Assembly (NCBI RefSeq): GCF_009914755.1 | Contig: NC_060935.1 | Length of the DNA stretch: 64,000 nt | Reading direction: 5' to 3' (one strand) | Origin: the human T2T-CHM13v2.0 reference genome, Homo sapiens | In this document: positions 1 through 21,282 of the stretch, one piece after another | How positions within the stretch are numbered: position 1 is the stretch's first letter | Layout of the letters: every line of letters starts with the position of its first letter | Made by a program: the position numbers and the translations under genes | Notes under the pieces: model-generated | The model's input: the letters and a program-made list of their open reading frames with translations, nothing else | What the model was told of the DNA's origin: nothing | Databases searched by the model: none

Positions 1-440
1 TTGTATTCAGTTTGCTAGTATTTCATTAAGGATTTTTGCATTTATATTCTTCAGGGATATTGGTCTGTAGTTTTCTTTTTTGGTTATGTCCTTTCCTGGT
101 TCTGGCATTAGGGTGATACTGGCTCCATAGAATGATTTAGAGAGGATTTCTTCTTTTCTATTTTGTGAACTAGTGTCAATAGAATTGGTACCAATTCTTC
201 TTTGAATGTCTGATAGAATTCAGCTGAGAATCTGTCTTGTTTCTATTTCTTCCTTGTTTAATGTAGGAGGGTTGTAGATGTCCAGGAATTTATCCATCTC
301 CTCTAGGTTTTCTAGTTGATGCATGTAAAGGTGTTCATAGTAGCCTTGAATGATCTGTTGTATTTCTCTGGTATCCATTATAATATCTCACCTTTCATTT
401 CTAATTGAGCTCTAATGGTCTATCGTTTTTATTTATCTAT
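1..440 (-). mobile_element. Older L1 (L1PB/L1MA-like) ORF2 fragment
   Basis: Diverged antisense L1 ORF2 sequence (ggaatttatccatctcctctagg). Confidence 0.8.
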
Positions 441-599
441 TTATTTATTTTTTAATTTATCTATTATAAATAGATAATATTTATAATAGATATTATAGAG
501 AATATCTATTATTTATATCGGTTTATTATGTTATTCATATTTATCTATTTTATTTATCTATGTTTTTTATTTTTATTTTATTTTATTTTTTATATTCTC

Positions 600-2574
<1,975 letters not shown>

Positions 2575-3653
2575 TTAGGGTTCACAGTTAGTGTTACCTA
2601 TCATTGAAACCCATTACAAATGTTTATTTATTAATGATAATCTGTAATGAGATTTTACATATCTAATCTTTGAAACTCTCTTTTCACACAGGCAGGCGCT
2701 AAATACTGCTATTACTGGTAAATGCTGATATTAATCCATGAGAATACATATTGCTTGGAAGATATTTATGGAGTTCTATTAGAGTGTTCTCTTGATATTA
2801 GTTTGCGTGAAAGCTCCTCAACAGCATAGCTAAATGGATAGTTAAACATAGAAATTTCCTTAGCAATTTGCAATGAGATATGAAAAGTGTTGCTGAGCTA
2901 TAATTTGAACAAAAAAAATACATCTGCTGTAAATTTGTGTGAAAGTACAACTCTTGCTTCTTGCTCTGACATTTGACAGCACAGGAAGTATATAAAAGAG
3001 TTGATACTTGTGATTCAACAAATATTAGTTGTCATTGGAGTGACTTTAGATTAGTGTAAATTTACTTGTAAGTGATGTTCATCTTATAATTTTAGGTTGA
3101 ACTCATAAAGAAACATTACCAAGTTCACAGCATAAGCTAATTTCCAAAGACATTCTGTGTTTTATAATAGAGGATGGTTTTCTTCATTCAGAAAAACTTA
3201 GAACTTTGCTCAAAGCTGAAACATTGTGATAAAATTTACTATGGCTAATCTTTGGATTAGCAGGAATATATGACCGTTAGTGAGGAGAAAAATTAATGAA
3301 GAAGAAATAGATAACTTAAGCAGCCTTATATATCTACCAAAGAAATAAAAGTTTGTAGTTAAGACATTACAAAATTGTAGTGTTAAAAAAGACAATACAG
3401 AACAACAAACAAAACAAAATAAAAAATTACAGGACCACATAGATTCACTGTTGAATTCTACAAAAAGTTTAAAGAAGAAATAATTTCAATTCTACACACA
3501 TTCTTTCAGAGAAGAAAGTCGTTTGAAACTAATCTGTGAGGCCATAATTCACTCTGATATAAAAATGAGATGAAAATATTTCAAGAAAAGGAAACTACAA
3601 ACCAGTAACTCATGAATATGAATGTGAAATATTTCAGTATAATTTTAGAAAAC

Positions 3654-4027
3654 TGTTATGGAATAAATGCTTGGGTGCTCCCAAAACTCACATGCTGAAA
3701 CTCTAACCCCACAAAGTGATGGTATTAGGAGGTGGAGCCTTTGATAGAGAATTAGTACATGAGGATTCTGCCCTCACATATGGGATTAGAGCCCTTATAA
3801 GAAGAGACAAAAGAGCTTGCTTTGTCTGTTCCCTCTCTTGGCCATATGAGGATACAAGAAGACAACTGTCTGTGAACCTGGAAGAGTGCTCTCACCGGAC
3901 ATCAGATCTGCTTCTGCCTTGATCTTGGACTTTTCTGCATCCAGAATTGTGAGAAATAAATTTTGCTTGTTGTTTAAACCACCTAGTCTATGGCGTTCTT
4001 TTATAGCAGCCCGAAGTGACTAAGACA
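3654..4027 (+). mobile_element. MLT1A-type MaLR solo LTR
   Basis: tgttatgg...gactaagaca termini, with 5-bp TSD AAAAC on both sides. Confidence 0.8.
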
Positions 4028-4142
4028 AAAACCTATCCAACATTGTATAAAGATAATATATCATGTCCAAATAAATGTTTTTTGCTGACTTATAAGGGTG
4101 TCTAAACACTTAAAAATTAACCACTGTAATTTTCCAGATTAG

Positions 4143-4521
<379 letters not shown>

Positions 4522-4527
4522 TAAACT

Positions 4528-5725
4528 AAACAGATGCTGGTGAGGCTGTGGAGAAAAGGGAATGCTTATACACTGCTAGTGGGAATGTAAATTAGTTCAG
4601 CCACTGTGGAAGGCAGTTTGGAGATTTCTCAAAGAATTTAAAACAGAGCTACCATTTGACCCAGCAATTAAATTACTGGGTATAAACCCAAAAGAAAATA
4701 AATCATTCTACCAAAAATACATACGTACTGGCATGTTTATTGCTGTACTATTCACAATAGCAAAGACATGGAATCAACTCAGGTGCCCATCAATGGTAGA
4801 TTGGATTGAGAAAATGTGGTCTATTTGTGAGATTTTGGTGCATGCATCACCCAAGCAGTATACACTACACCCTATTTGTAGTCTTTTATCCCTCACCCCC
4901 TTCCCACCCTATCCCCCTGAGTCCCCAAAGTCCATCGTGTCATTCTTACCCATGTAACCATACAACACCTGTTCCCCAATAACTTTTGGAAATAAAAAAA
5001 TTAAAGAAAAAGCTTTATGGACAAAGCACATTGTATCCCAAACAGACAGACTTAGCAATAAGTGAGTTAACTGATTAGTAAACCACAAATGAAGATATGG
5101 CTGTAGATTTACATGGGCCATTTTGATTTGTTCTGTTGTTTGATTAACTCATCCTAATAACAGCTTTTGAATGGTTGGGTGTCATTAAAGAAATTTAAAA
5201 TATTGTGCATAGTACATACAATTATATTTCTCCATCACTATCTGCTCTTCATCAAGTCTAAGCATAAAAATACGCAAGCTTACCTGTTTCTTCAGGTCAT
5301 CATTTCCTTATGTGAACTCTTGTGTCACAGAAAACTTACATTAAATAAATTTGTATGCTAAAAAAAGTGGTACACATACACTATGGAATATTATGCAGCA
5401 TAAAAAGAATGAAAGAATATCTTTTGCAGCAACATGGATGGAGCTGGAAGTCATAATCCTAAGCAAATTAACACAGAAACAGAAAACCAAATATATGTTC
5501 TCACAAGTGGGAGATAAGCAATGAACACACATGGATATAAACATGGGAACAACAGACGCTGTGTATTACTAGAGGGTTGGCGGGTTAAAAACTTAACTAT
5601 CGTGTACTATGCTCACTACCTGAGTGACGGGATCCATACTGCAAACCTCAGTAACATGCAATAGTCTCATGTAACAAATATTCATATATACCCCTTGTAT
5701 CTAAAATAAAAGCTGAAATGAAAAT
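4528..5725 (+). mobile_element. Older L1 3' end (L1MA/L1PA16-like), split by an insert at 4821-5361
   Basis: L1 3' sequence stops at gaaaatgtggt (4820) and resumes exactly at acacatacactatgg (5372). Confidence 0.8.
4821..5361 (+). mobile_element. 5'-inverted L1PB 3' fragment with ~350-bp 3' transduction
   Basis: Inverted L1PB 4821-4949, forward L1PB end 4945-5011, non-repeat-looking 5012-5359 with AATAAA at 5344 and an A-tract; TSD aaaa[t/a]gtggt. Confidence 0.75.
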
Positions 5726-7168
5726 TTCAACATTGTAGGAATAAAAAGGAATTCTTCAAACTGATAAAGGGAATGTAAAGAAGACCTACAGATAACATCA
5801 TACTTAACGCTGAAGTACTGAATTCCTTCTCCATCAAAGATCAGGAATAAAGCAAGAATTTTTAGTTTCATCTTTTTCTATTCTACATTGTTCTGGTGTT
5901 TCTTACCAGTGCAATAGGCAAGGTTAAAAAAAAAAAGGGCATGGGGATTGGAAAGAAAGCTTTCTTTATAGGCAGATGACAGGAACTAGCATAGCATGTT
6001 GCACAACTTCAATAAGTGTTTGCTGAAGGAATAACAATTGTATTAAAAAGTTTGATGAAAATGCCATGCTGTTATAACACACTTTATGTTATACTTCCCC
6101 TAGTATTGTATGAGTACCTATTTCATTTCATTTTACCCACTTTGAGAATGAATAGTACATTTAAAAATCCTTGTTCCTTTGTGAAATGCAAATTTTTATT
6201 TCATTTTAGTGTACATTTCTTTGATCACTACTAAATTTGAACACCTTTTCATATTTTTCACGTATTTATTATTTATGTGGCCTTTTCCCCTGAAAATTAC
6301 TCGTTCTTGCTCTTTGCCTGTTTTTGTACCGAAGTATGTAATTTTAATCCTAATGATATGTTAAATATGTACACACAAATATATGTGTACATTTTGAAAT
6401 CACTTATATCAATTATCCTTTAGTTTTTGATGTTTATATTTTTAAATGATTCCTATTAGTTGTTTAAAATATAAAGCCAGAAAGAATGCAAAGAAAAAAC
6501 AATAAAATTTTATCACCAAAGGAAACCAGTGTCATCAGTTTTGTGAATTCATTTCCAAAGGGTCAATTAAAACTATTGATTACATTATCTTTCAATTTAT
6601 AAGAGATTCCTGGTGCCAAAAATTTTATATATTAAATGTTTATACAAGCGGACTTGAAGGAGTTATAAAAAATGGCATTTAAAAAATAAAAATAAAAATA
6701 TAAATGTTATTTTTTTAACATAGACTCTGTCAAATCCAAGACACTTTTGTGAGAGATGATACCAGCCATTTGGCCCTTCTATAGAGAATTGAGGTCCTGA
6801 GAATTTAAACATGGCGATGCAGTGTTTTTTTTTTTTTTCCACCTTATTAACTGAGGAAAATGGATGCCTCTCAAATATTTTCTAAGATTAGGCAACAAAA
6901 AAGAAGTCAGAAGAAGCTAAATCAGGATGGTAAGGTGGATGCCTAATAATTTCCCATTGAAACTCTCACAAAATTCTTTTTTGATGACAGAAATGAGCAG
7001 GAGCATTGTCATGGTGGAGAACTCTCTGGTGAAGCTCTCCTGGGTGCTTTTCTGCTAAAGCTTTGGCTTTCTCAAAATACTCTCATAATAAGTTGATATT
7101 ATTGTTCTTTGGCTTTCTGGAAAGTCAGCAAGCAAAATGCTTTGAGCATCCCAAAAAACTGTTACCAT

Positions 7169-7492
<324 letters not shown>

Positions 7493-7859
7493 TTACCATG
7501 AACTTTCACATTTGACTGATCTGCTTTTGCTTTGACTAGACCACTTCCACCTCTTGATAGCCATTGCTTTGATTGTGCTTTGTCTTCAGGATCATACTGG
7601 TAAAGCCATGTTTCATCTCCTGCTACAATTCTTCAAATAAATGCTTCAGGATCTTGATCTCACTTATTTAAAATTTCCGTTGAAGGCTCTGCTCTTGTCT
7701 GCAGCTGATCTGGGTGGAATGGTTTTGGCACCCATTGAGTGTAAAGTTTGATCAGCTTTAATTTTTCAGTCAGAATTGTGTAACTGGAACCAGCGGATAT
7801 GTCTGTTGTGTCAGCTATTGCTTCTGCTGTTAATCATTGGCCCTCTTCAGTTAGAGCAC

Positions 7860-8225
7860 TGTATTAGTCCTTTCTCATGCTGCTAATAAAGACATACCTG
7901 AGACTGGGTAATTTATAAAGGAAAGAGGTTTAACGGATTCACAGTTCCACATGGCTGGGAAGGCCTCACAATTATGGCAGAAGGTGAGAGGAGCAAAGTC
8001 TTGTCTTACATGGGAGCAGGCAAGAAGAGAATGAGAACCAAGTGAAAAGGGAAACCTCTTATAAAACCATCAGATCTTGTGAGACTTACTACCACGAGAA
8101 CAGTATGAGGGAAACTGACCCCATGATTCAATTATTTCCCACTGGGTCCCTTCCACAACATATGGGAATTATGGGAGCTACAATTCAAGATGAGATTTGG
8201 GTGGGGACACAGCCAAACCATGTCA
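7860..8225 (-). mobile_element. THE1-family solo LTR
   Basis: tgtattagtcc...gacatacctgagactgggtaatttataaag...cagccaaaccatgtca. Confidence 0.9.
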
Positions 8226-8249
8226 GAAACCAACAAGATAAATTATTTT

Positions 8250-14412
<6,163 letters not shown>

Positions 14413-14739
14413 TAAATTATTTTTTCCTTGCAAATTGATGTGGATGTTCTGCTGCTAAGGAATTCATCTTCAACATTGTCTCATCTCTTTTAAAAATGCA
14501 TTATCCATTTGTAAACTACTAATTTCTCTGGAGCATTGTCCCCATAAACTTTTTGTAAAGTCTCAATGATTTCACCATTCTTCCACCTAAGTTTCACCAT
14601 AAATTTGATGTTTGTTCTTGCTTCTATTTCAGCAGAATTTGTGTTCCTTGGATAACAGCTTTTTTCACACAAACATCTTATCCTTCTTAGTGCTTCAAAA
14701 TAGATCCTGTTCAGCCATGTTATAAAAAATTAGTACAGA

Positions 14740-14745
14740 TTTATT
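14740..14745 (-). terminator. Candidate poly(A) signal of full-length SLC22A24, inside HSMAR2
   Basis: First canonical AATAAA on - downstream of the TAA at 15241 (about 495 nt away). Confidence 0.4.
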
Positions 14746-15240
14746 TTGGCACAAAAATTTGAACTCTATGCATAGTTTACTCATAATATGCATTTTCATG
14801 AATTTTTTGAAGACTCTTTCTGTATACTTGGGCATGTTTCTGGAGTCATTACGGTGTGTTAATGCAAACAAATTATAATGCATTTGCTATTACTGTTTTG
14901 TTGATTGTAGTTTTATAAAAAGTCCAGCATGTGCTTTACCGTATATGAGTCAGCCTGATCGTCACTCCATGATGCTCTTTTTCCTGAATCATCTTGGCTG
15001 TTAGTGATTTTCAGATGAATTTGAAACTAGTTGTGCAACTTCTTCCCAAAAGCAAATCATTATTTCATGGAATCACTTAAACTTATAAGGTATTTTGGAA
15101 TTACTGATACATGTAGTACCATAATTATAAATGGCATCTGTCTGCACATTATATTTTTGGCTAGTTTTGCAGATATAAAGGCATAATCTTGATTCCCCCT
15201 GCCCATTTTGCTCTTCTTTGGATCAGGTCTTGGGAATCTC

Positions 15241-15301
15241 TTAAAACTGTGTTACTTTCATGCAAGTATCTTCCTGCTTTACGTTTCTTGAATCTTTTCT
15301 G
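15241..15301 (-). CDS. SLC22A24: SLC22A24 exon 10, coding part
   Basis: ttctcag|CAGAAAAG...; encodes (D)RKDSRNVKQEDTCMKVTQF followed by TAA at 15243-15241; ends in a PDZ-type TQF motif. Confidence 0.92.
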
Positions 15302-16220
15302 CTGAGAAATAGAAATGCAAACAAAAACAAGATTAAGAAACAAAAAATAAATAAGATATAGATTAAGCATATATATACTGTGTGCCTGAGTACAAGCTGC
15401 CCTCTACCCACCAGCATTGTAATCCAAGATTCTCTAGATATTGATACTATTGTGTTGGAAAAGGCCCTGATACCTGGGCATTCCTGGGAAGGCAGTGTTG
15501 AATATTGATACTCTCACCATTGTCTCTTTGGATCTCAGACCAATGACATCTTTAGTAAATCAAAGCGAGAATTGAAAATTTTAAAGCTATTGTCTTATTT
15601 TTCATCATTTAAAATCCTGCTTTCTTTTCTTAATTTTGTCTCCTCAAAATTTCTGTTGCCCATGGCAACAAATTTGCCTAAATCTCAGAGGCATCCCAAC
15701 AAGATCCATTTCCTTCAGATACATCGTTATTTTTGCAAAGGAGATTTTGCTCTATGCTGTAGTCCCATGATTCTTTGACTGAAGCAATAATTAGGTATGA
15801 GGCAATCTCATTCCCTTTCCCACCACATAACAGGCACTCATTGAGCCAATGTGTGATAAAACCAGGGGATGAGAATGAGGCATTTGAGTCTTAGCAGATT
15901 TGTGAGAAAACAACAGGAGTGTGTGTTTCCCACAAGGGCAGAAAGTATGTGCCACTCATAATAGGCTAATTTGGATCTTTTCACCACTGAACCTTCTGGT
16001 GTGAAATGGTCTGTGTGACATAGAGGGCCTCAAGAGTCTGACTCCATTGTGGATAGGGTAGGCTGCTACTGAACTAAAGGACATGGTGACAAATAGAAAA
16101 GTCCTAGGTCTGAGCCTACATGAAGGACAGAGGGCCCCAAATGGTCGTTGACCTTTCTCATTAAACAGCTACAGCACATAGCCACTCCCCACTCACGTGA
16201 CAGCTAGAGGGTTTACTCAC

Positions 16221-16424
16221 TCATTTTCCACATCCTGGATGGTGTTAGGAAGAGGTAGATCCCTGGTTTCTGGAAGGAGGAGGATAACAGGGACAGCAAG
16301 GATGGGGAAGACTCCCTAGGAAATCCAGGGTAGGTGGGGAGAATACGCCATTAAGGTCATCAACAGAGGAGCCAGTGCTGCCCCAGTCCTACCGGACACT
16401 GCATTGATTCCTGCAACTGTTGAC
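16221..16424 (-). CDS. SLC22A24: SLC22A24 exon 9, with in-frame TAG at 16318-16316 (Tyr501Ter)
   Basis: ctaag|GTCAACAG...AATGA|gtgagt; encodes STVAGINAVSGRTGAALAPLLMTLMAYSPHLPWIS*GVFPILAVPVILLLPETRDLPLPNTIQDVEN, with the LPET motif intact after the stop. Confidence 0.95.
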
Positions 16425-16858
16425 CTTAGAGTGCAAATAACAATACAAAAAATCTTGTATGAATCTGTACATGTCAGCTCTTTATCATCATTATTTCTTT
16501 ATGGGGACCAGTACAACAGAGTTACTAAACACATGGGCTTTGACAGCAAGCCCTTAATTGTGACATTTACCTCTGTTGGTTTCTACCTATTTGATAGTAT
16601 AATGTTGGTAACTGCTCTTAACCTTAGTTTCATAATTACTAAAATAGAGATACCCATAGCATTAATTAACCTGTAGCAATAACCCGCAGCTTTGATAATT
16701 TGATAATAATAGCACATATATGGCTCTCAGTTACTCTGTTCATTTCTATTACAGTTAATTCATCTGGCACCTAAACAGTGTCAGTCTTTCATTCACAATG
16801 AATATCAATAAATTCAGAAATTTCTGTTTTGAAACCAGATGGTCTTTAGCTCTTGTAC

Positions 16859-16967
16859 CTCAATATGGTGGGGACGAGCTCGTTGTGGTGGACAGAAGCA
16901 CTGTTGCTAGCAGCAGAAACACTACCAATTCCCAAAGTTGCTAAAACCACACGCAGGATCTGCATTT
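16859..16967 (-). CDS. SLC22A24: SLC22A24 exon 8
   Basis: tctctag|AAATGCAG...TTGAG|gtacaa; encodes (E)[35 protein letters not shown](R), the SLC22 ELxPT motif. Confidence 0.95.
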
Positions 16968-18543
16968 CTAGAGAGAACAGTGAGAATCAGGAAATCTTGC
17001 CTGAAGAAACTTTTCAACCCCCAAATAATTGTAAAAAGATTCTAATGGAGGAATTTGCAAGTGTGAAATATGTGGTAGACAAACTGCAACATGCCAGAGA
17101 TTGGGGAATGGTTGCGAGGCTGAGAAATATAGACTGTAAAATGGTAGGGCTTAAACATTGAATAAAGGATCTCAATCTCAATCTTCAACTCTTTCTGCAC
17201 ATTTGAGTATTGCCAATTAAGGTGGGGGTAGGGACCAACAGGAAATATTTGTTTTATTTATTCTGTGTAATATTTTCTGTGTACTTCCAGTGGGGGCACA
17301 GAACTATATTTGTTCTATTAGAACAATATTCATTTTAATTTTTTCTATGTAATATTTTCTGTGCACCTCCAGTGGGGCATAGAACTATATATAGATAATA
17401 ACTGAGGAGTTTGTGAGCCATGTCTTGAGCAGTTTAGAGCTAAGAATGTGGGAACAATTTTAGATATGGGACAGATATTCTACCATATAGTAAGAAAAGG
17501 ACTGGGTTTATTTGGGAGTGGACAGTGTGGAGAGACATAAGCTCTGAATAATTCAGGATTGTAAAACCTAACGTTATAAAACCTAACTCCTATTTGGAAA
17601 TAAATAATATCACACTGGGAACCATTGACACTGAAAATTCAAAAAGGTACTTTTTCATCAATAAAAATATCAAAATAGGATTTTAAAACAGTGGAGAAGG
17701 CTCTCCTATAAGGCAGAAAACTTACACCAGCAGGAGGCATGGAGCCCACCAGTCTGGGAATCCTGCAAAATATGTTCCTGCTCTGGGAGATGAGTGGAAT
17801 ATAGTGACCACTAATGTTCCCATAATCATTACAGAAGGTCATTCTATTAATTTAACTTAGGAAAGTGGATTTTAAGAGAGGCTGGGTCAGCTTCTTAATC
17901 TGTTCCTTGTTTAGGGGTAGATTATAAAACAGATAAAGAGATATTAAGATGAGACTTTTTCTTGTTCCAACTGTACACTTCATTTATGGTTGAAGACAAG
18001 GAATTTTTATTTCAGCAAAGTCAAGAAGCCTTTTCTAAAAAAGTGTTGCATTTATATGAGATAATAGGGAACTCAAAAGTGAATATACAGGGAAGAGGAT
18101 ATGGACAAGTTAGAGAGACCTCAAAAATTAGAAAGTGTCCTAGACAGAGGCAGTGAGGGCATTGTGTGCCCACTTTGGCATACAGTTGCAAGGCCTAGCC
18201 CCTCCACAATAGCTATAAAAGGGTGATTAGCCAAAAAGCATGTGCTTAGTTACTTTTCTAAAGAAACCATTAGGTGTAATTGGAGCCCATGTCCAGATTC
18301 ATCTTGGCTGTGATGAAGACAACCGTGTGTCTGAACCATCACGGCTGACATTGATTGAGTAAGAGCCCAAGTGCTGAAAACAACATATTGTCAGAATCAG
18401 TTCCAAACCCTCATATTAACTTCAGGGAATCTTTTGGCTGTCAAGGGCAATGCTGTTCTTTTGGCACCAGGCATAAAAGACCAATGTAATCCCTGGAGAA
18501 TGGGGGTAACTACTTTCTTTCCTGAAACTCCTGTCTCTCTCAC

Positions 18544-18758
18544 CTTGGGGCAAAAAGGTGTTGACCAGAATGAAAAGTCCCACCGGGAACGTGAACAATA
18601 TCTGGCTTATTCGACGACCCATATGATTCAGTGTCAAAAGGGAAACACATCTGGCTGTGAATGTGACAGCTCCACAGAGAATCTGGAACAGGGAGACATT
18701 GCTCCCTAAGTGCTGCAAGTTGAGTATCAGGCCATAAAAGGGTACAGTGATTGCGAAT
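18544..18758 (-). CDS. SLC22A24: SLC22A24 exon 7
   Basis: cacttcag|ATTCGCA...CCCAAG|gtgaga; encodes FAITVPFYGLILNLQHLGSNVSLFQILCGAVTFTARCVSLLTLNHMGRRISQILFTFPVGLFILVNTFLPQ. Confidence 0.95.
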
Positions 18759-21282
18759 CTGAAGTGAATAAAAAGGACAAAGACATATTCAATAAGATTT
18801 AAAGCCTAGGAAACATTTTCTGAGATTTTGAAGGTAAGTCCTACAAATGATTATAATATTGACCCAATTGGCAAATGGTGTTTTTCCTTTTAAAAAAGGG
18901 ATCATTCTGTTTTATAGACTATTTCCTTTTCAGACAATGGTCTTAAAATAACATAAAATAATTGTGGAACATGATGTTAAAATGGGCTCTTCATTGTCAT
19001 AATTTTTACTGGGTCCTGAAGAAAAGAGATAGCAAACATACATATTATCAATGAAAGTTAAAAACCTACCCATGTAGAAAAAGTAATGTGAAATCTGAAT
19101 TCATCAGTCAACTGGATGATATAAATGATTGGACATGGGTAGGGTTAGATGATGGAAATTAGGGGAATAGTTTCTTTGCAGCAGTTCAGCATTGTGTGAG
19201 TCAAACTTCTCTGCTCCCGTTCAGAGACCTTCTTTACCTTAGTCTTAGTAATCCCTGGAGAATGGGGGTAATACTTACTTGTATAATCTGGCCCACAGAT
19301 TATACAAGTGGAGAGGAATCATAACACATTTACATAGAGAAAAGGTCAACAATATCTTTTTACCCTTCTTACCATATCAACCACCAAGGTCAGCTTGAAC
19401 TACAGAAACAGAGAATCTCTAACTCTGAATGAATATCTAACCTTCTTTACCTTACCTTAGTGAGGCTGCAAGGGCACTGTAGGCAAGAGCTTTCCATGTG
19501 TTTCCTGGACTTGAGTGCAGTGGCCTGACATTTCTAAGCAGTCTAAGAGCTACAAGCAATGGGTTATTAAATCATCAGAATTGAGATAAAGGGGCTGGCA
19601 GGTAAATATACTTCCAGTAAAATAAGGTAGGGATGCCTGTATTTGCTCGCAGGTTGTATAGGCTCTGAAAGAGAGAGCTTGTATGGAATCATTTTAATCC
19701 CTCTGTGGAAAGAGGAAAGGAGAAAAGAGTGTTGGGGTGGGGAAGGCGACCAGCAATAAGGCAATGCAAAGCCAAATTGATTAGCAGGGCCTAGAGAGAA
19801 AATGTATGCAGGAGCCAGAGGAAAATGCATTTCTTGCATCACAAGAAATGGAGTGAATGCCAAGTGGTTACAGTGGAGGCCTCCAAGGAATTTACATAAA
19901 GGCACCCAGGGAAAGGAGTCTGATTTGATCATCCACCATGCCCAGCATCCAACAGTTACCAATGCCCGACCTTTGCTTTCTTTCCCCCTCTCTAGGTATG
20001 TAGAGTGTAGAAACCCGGCTCACAGATTATACAAGTGGAGAGGAAGCATAACACATTTACGTAGAGAAAAAGTCAACAATATCTTCTTACCCTTCTTACC
20101 ATATCAACCACCAAAGTCAGCTTGAACTGCAGAAACAGGTTCTCTAACTCTGAATGAATATCTGAGGTTTAATTTTCATATGTGGCTGAAATATATGTAT
20201 TACTAAGATGAGGCTATTCTTGTGAGTGAGAGGATGGGATTTTTTTTTTTTTTTATTACTGAGAAGGAGAGTATGTGTTATGTGGCTTGTCAGAGATTTC
20301 ATCAGGGATAGGGAAAGAACCACAGAGCAGGTTTAAGAGAAAGCTAAGAAGGGATTAGGTGAAGATGATGATTTTCTGTTTTCATGATTAGGCCCTGTGC
20401 TTTCTCATTATTCGACATGAATTATTTTGATAAAACTTGCAGATGAAATTTGAGGAAAAAATTAACATTTTAGAAAAATTCATAGATATAAAATTTCTAT
20501 AAATTTTATAATTATGAAAGAATACCGCATATTACTTAGAGATAAATACCAATGTAGCAACGTATAATGAAAGTCTTGGGGATGATAAAACAAAAAACCT
20601 GGAAAAAAAGGTTGGGAATATGCCCATGGAGGTTTATACAGAAGGCCTCCATTATCTTGGTCTGATTGTCTTTCTTAATGTGGGTAATGAGGTGTTTTTA
20701 AATTATAGTTACAAGTTTACTATCATGTATGCCTTAAATAATCAATAGTACATTAAAAAATATAAACAGAATTAGGCTAATTAAAGGGTGTCCTTAATTT
20801 TGTAATTTGCTTTGACAGCAGGTTTTCGTCTGAGACATGAAATCAATTTGCATAGTTCCATTTTTTGACTGAAATGATAATTTATGGAGAGGAAAAGAAA
20901 ATACAAACAGATGAACAAATAAAGAAATAAAAAGCAAATATTCTATTTAAGTTCCTTGAATGCAGAGTTTAGATCTTAATGCCTCTGCAACCTTAACACA
21001 TAGCCCAGTGCCTTCGCACATTTTATATTTTCCATAGACATCAGGAGGTCATGACGATGAGTGGTGACAATGATGACGATGATGGTAATGATAATAACAA
21101 AATAATTATCATAATCCTGCCAAAACCAATGATTATTCTCCCTGCAAACATATATGAGCAGAATGCACATATTTTCTTTTGCTGGCTATCATATTAGCAC
21201 TATCAGGGACTCTAGTCTTTAGTGCCTGAAAGCAGTCTGGTTGTCACTCTCCTAATCCATGATATAGAAACTTCTTTACAAG

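Noticed and set aside
15278-15283. Exon 10 reads NVK where I recall NIK in the reference protein
   Set aside because: I cannot verify the reference residue; at most a conservative SNP downstream of the premature stop.
18422-18543. Exon 7 read-through extension
   Set aside because: Exon 7 has a good donor (CAAG|gtgaga), I see no nearby canonical poly(A) support, and 40 open codons can occur by chance.
16853-20125. Plus-strand ORFs 16853-17161, 18371-18709, 19802-20125 and minus ORF 19567-19962
   Set aside because: Antisense shadows of exons or chance intronic ORFs with no recognisable domain or splice structure.
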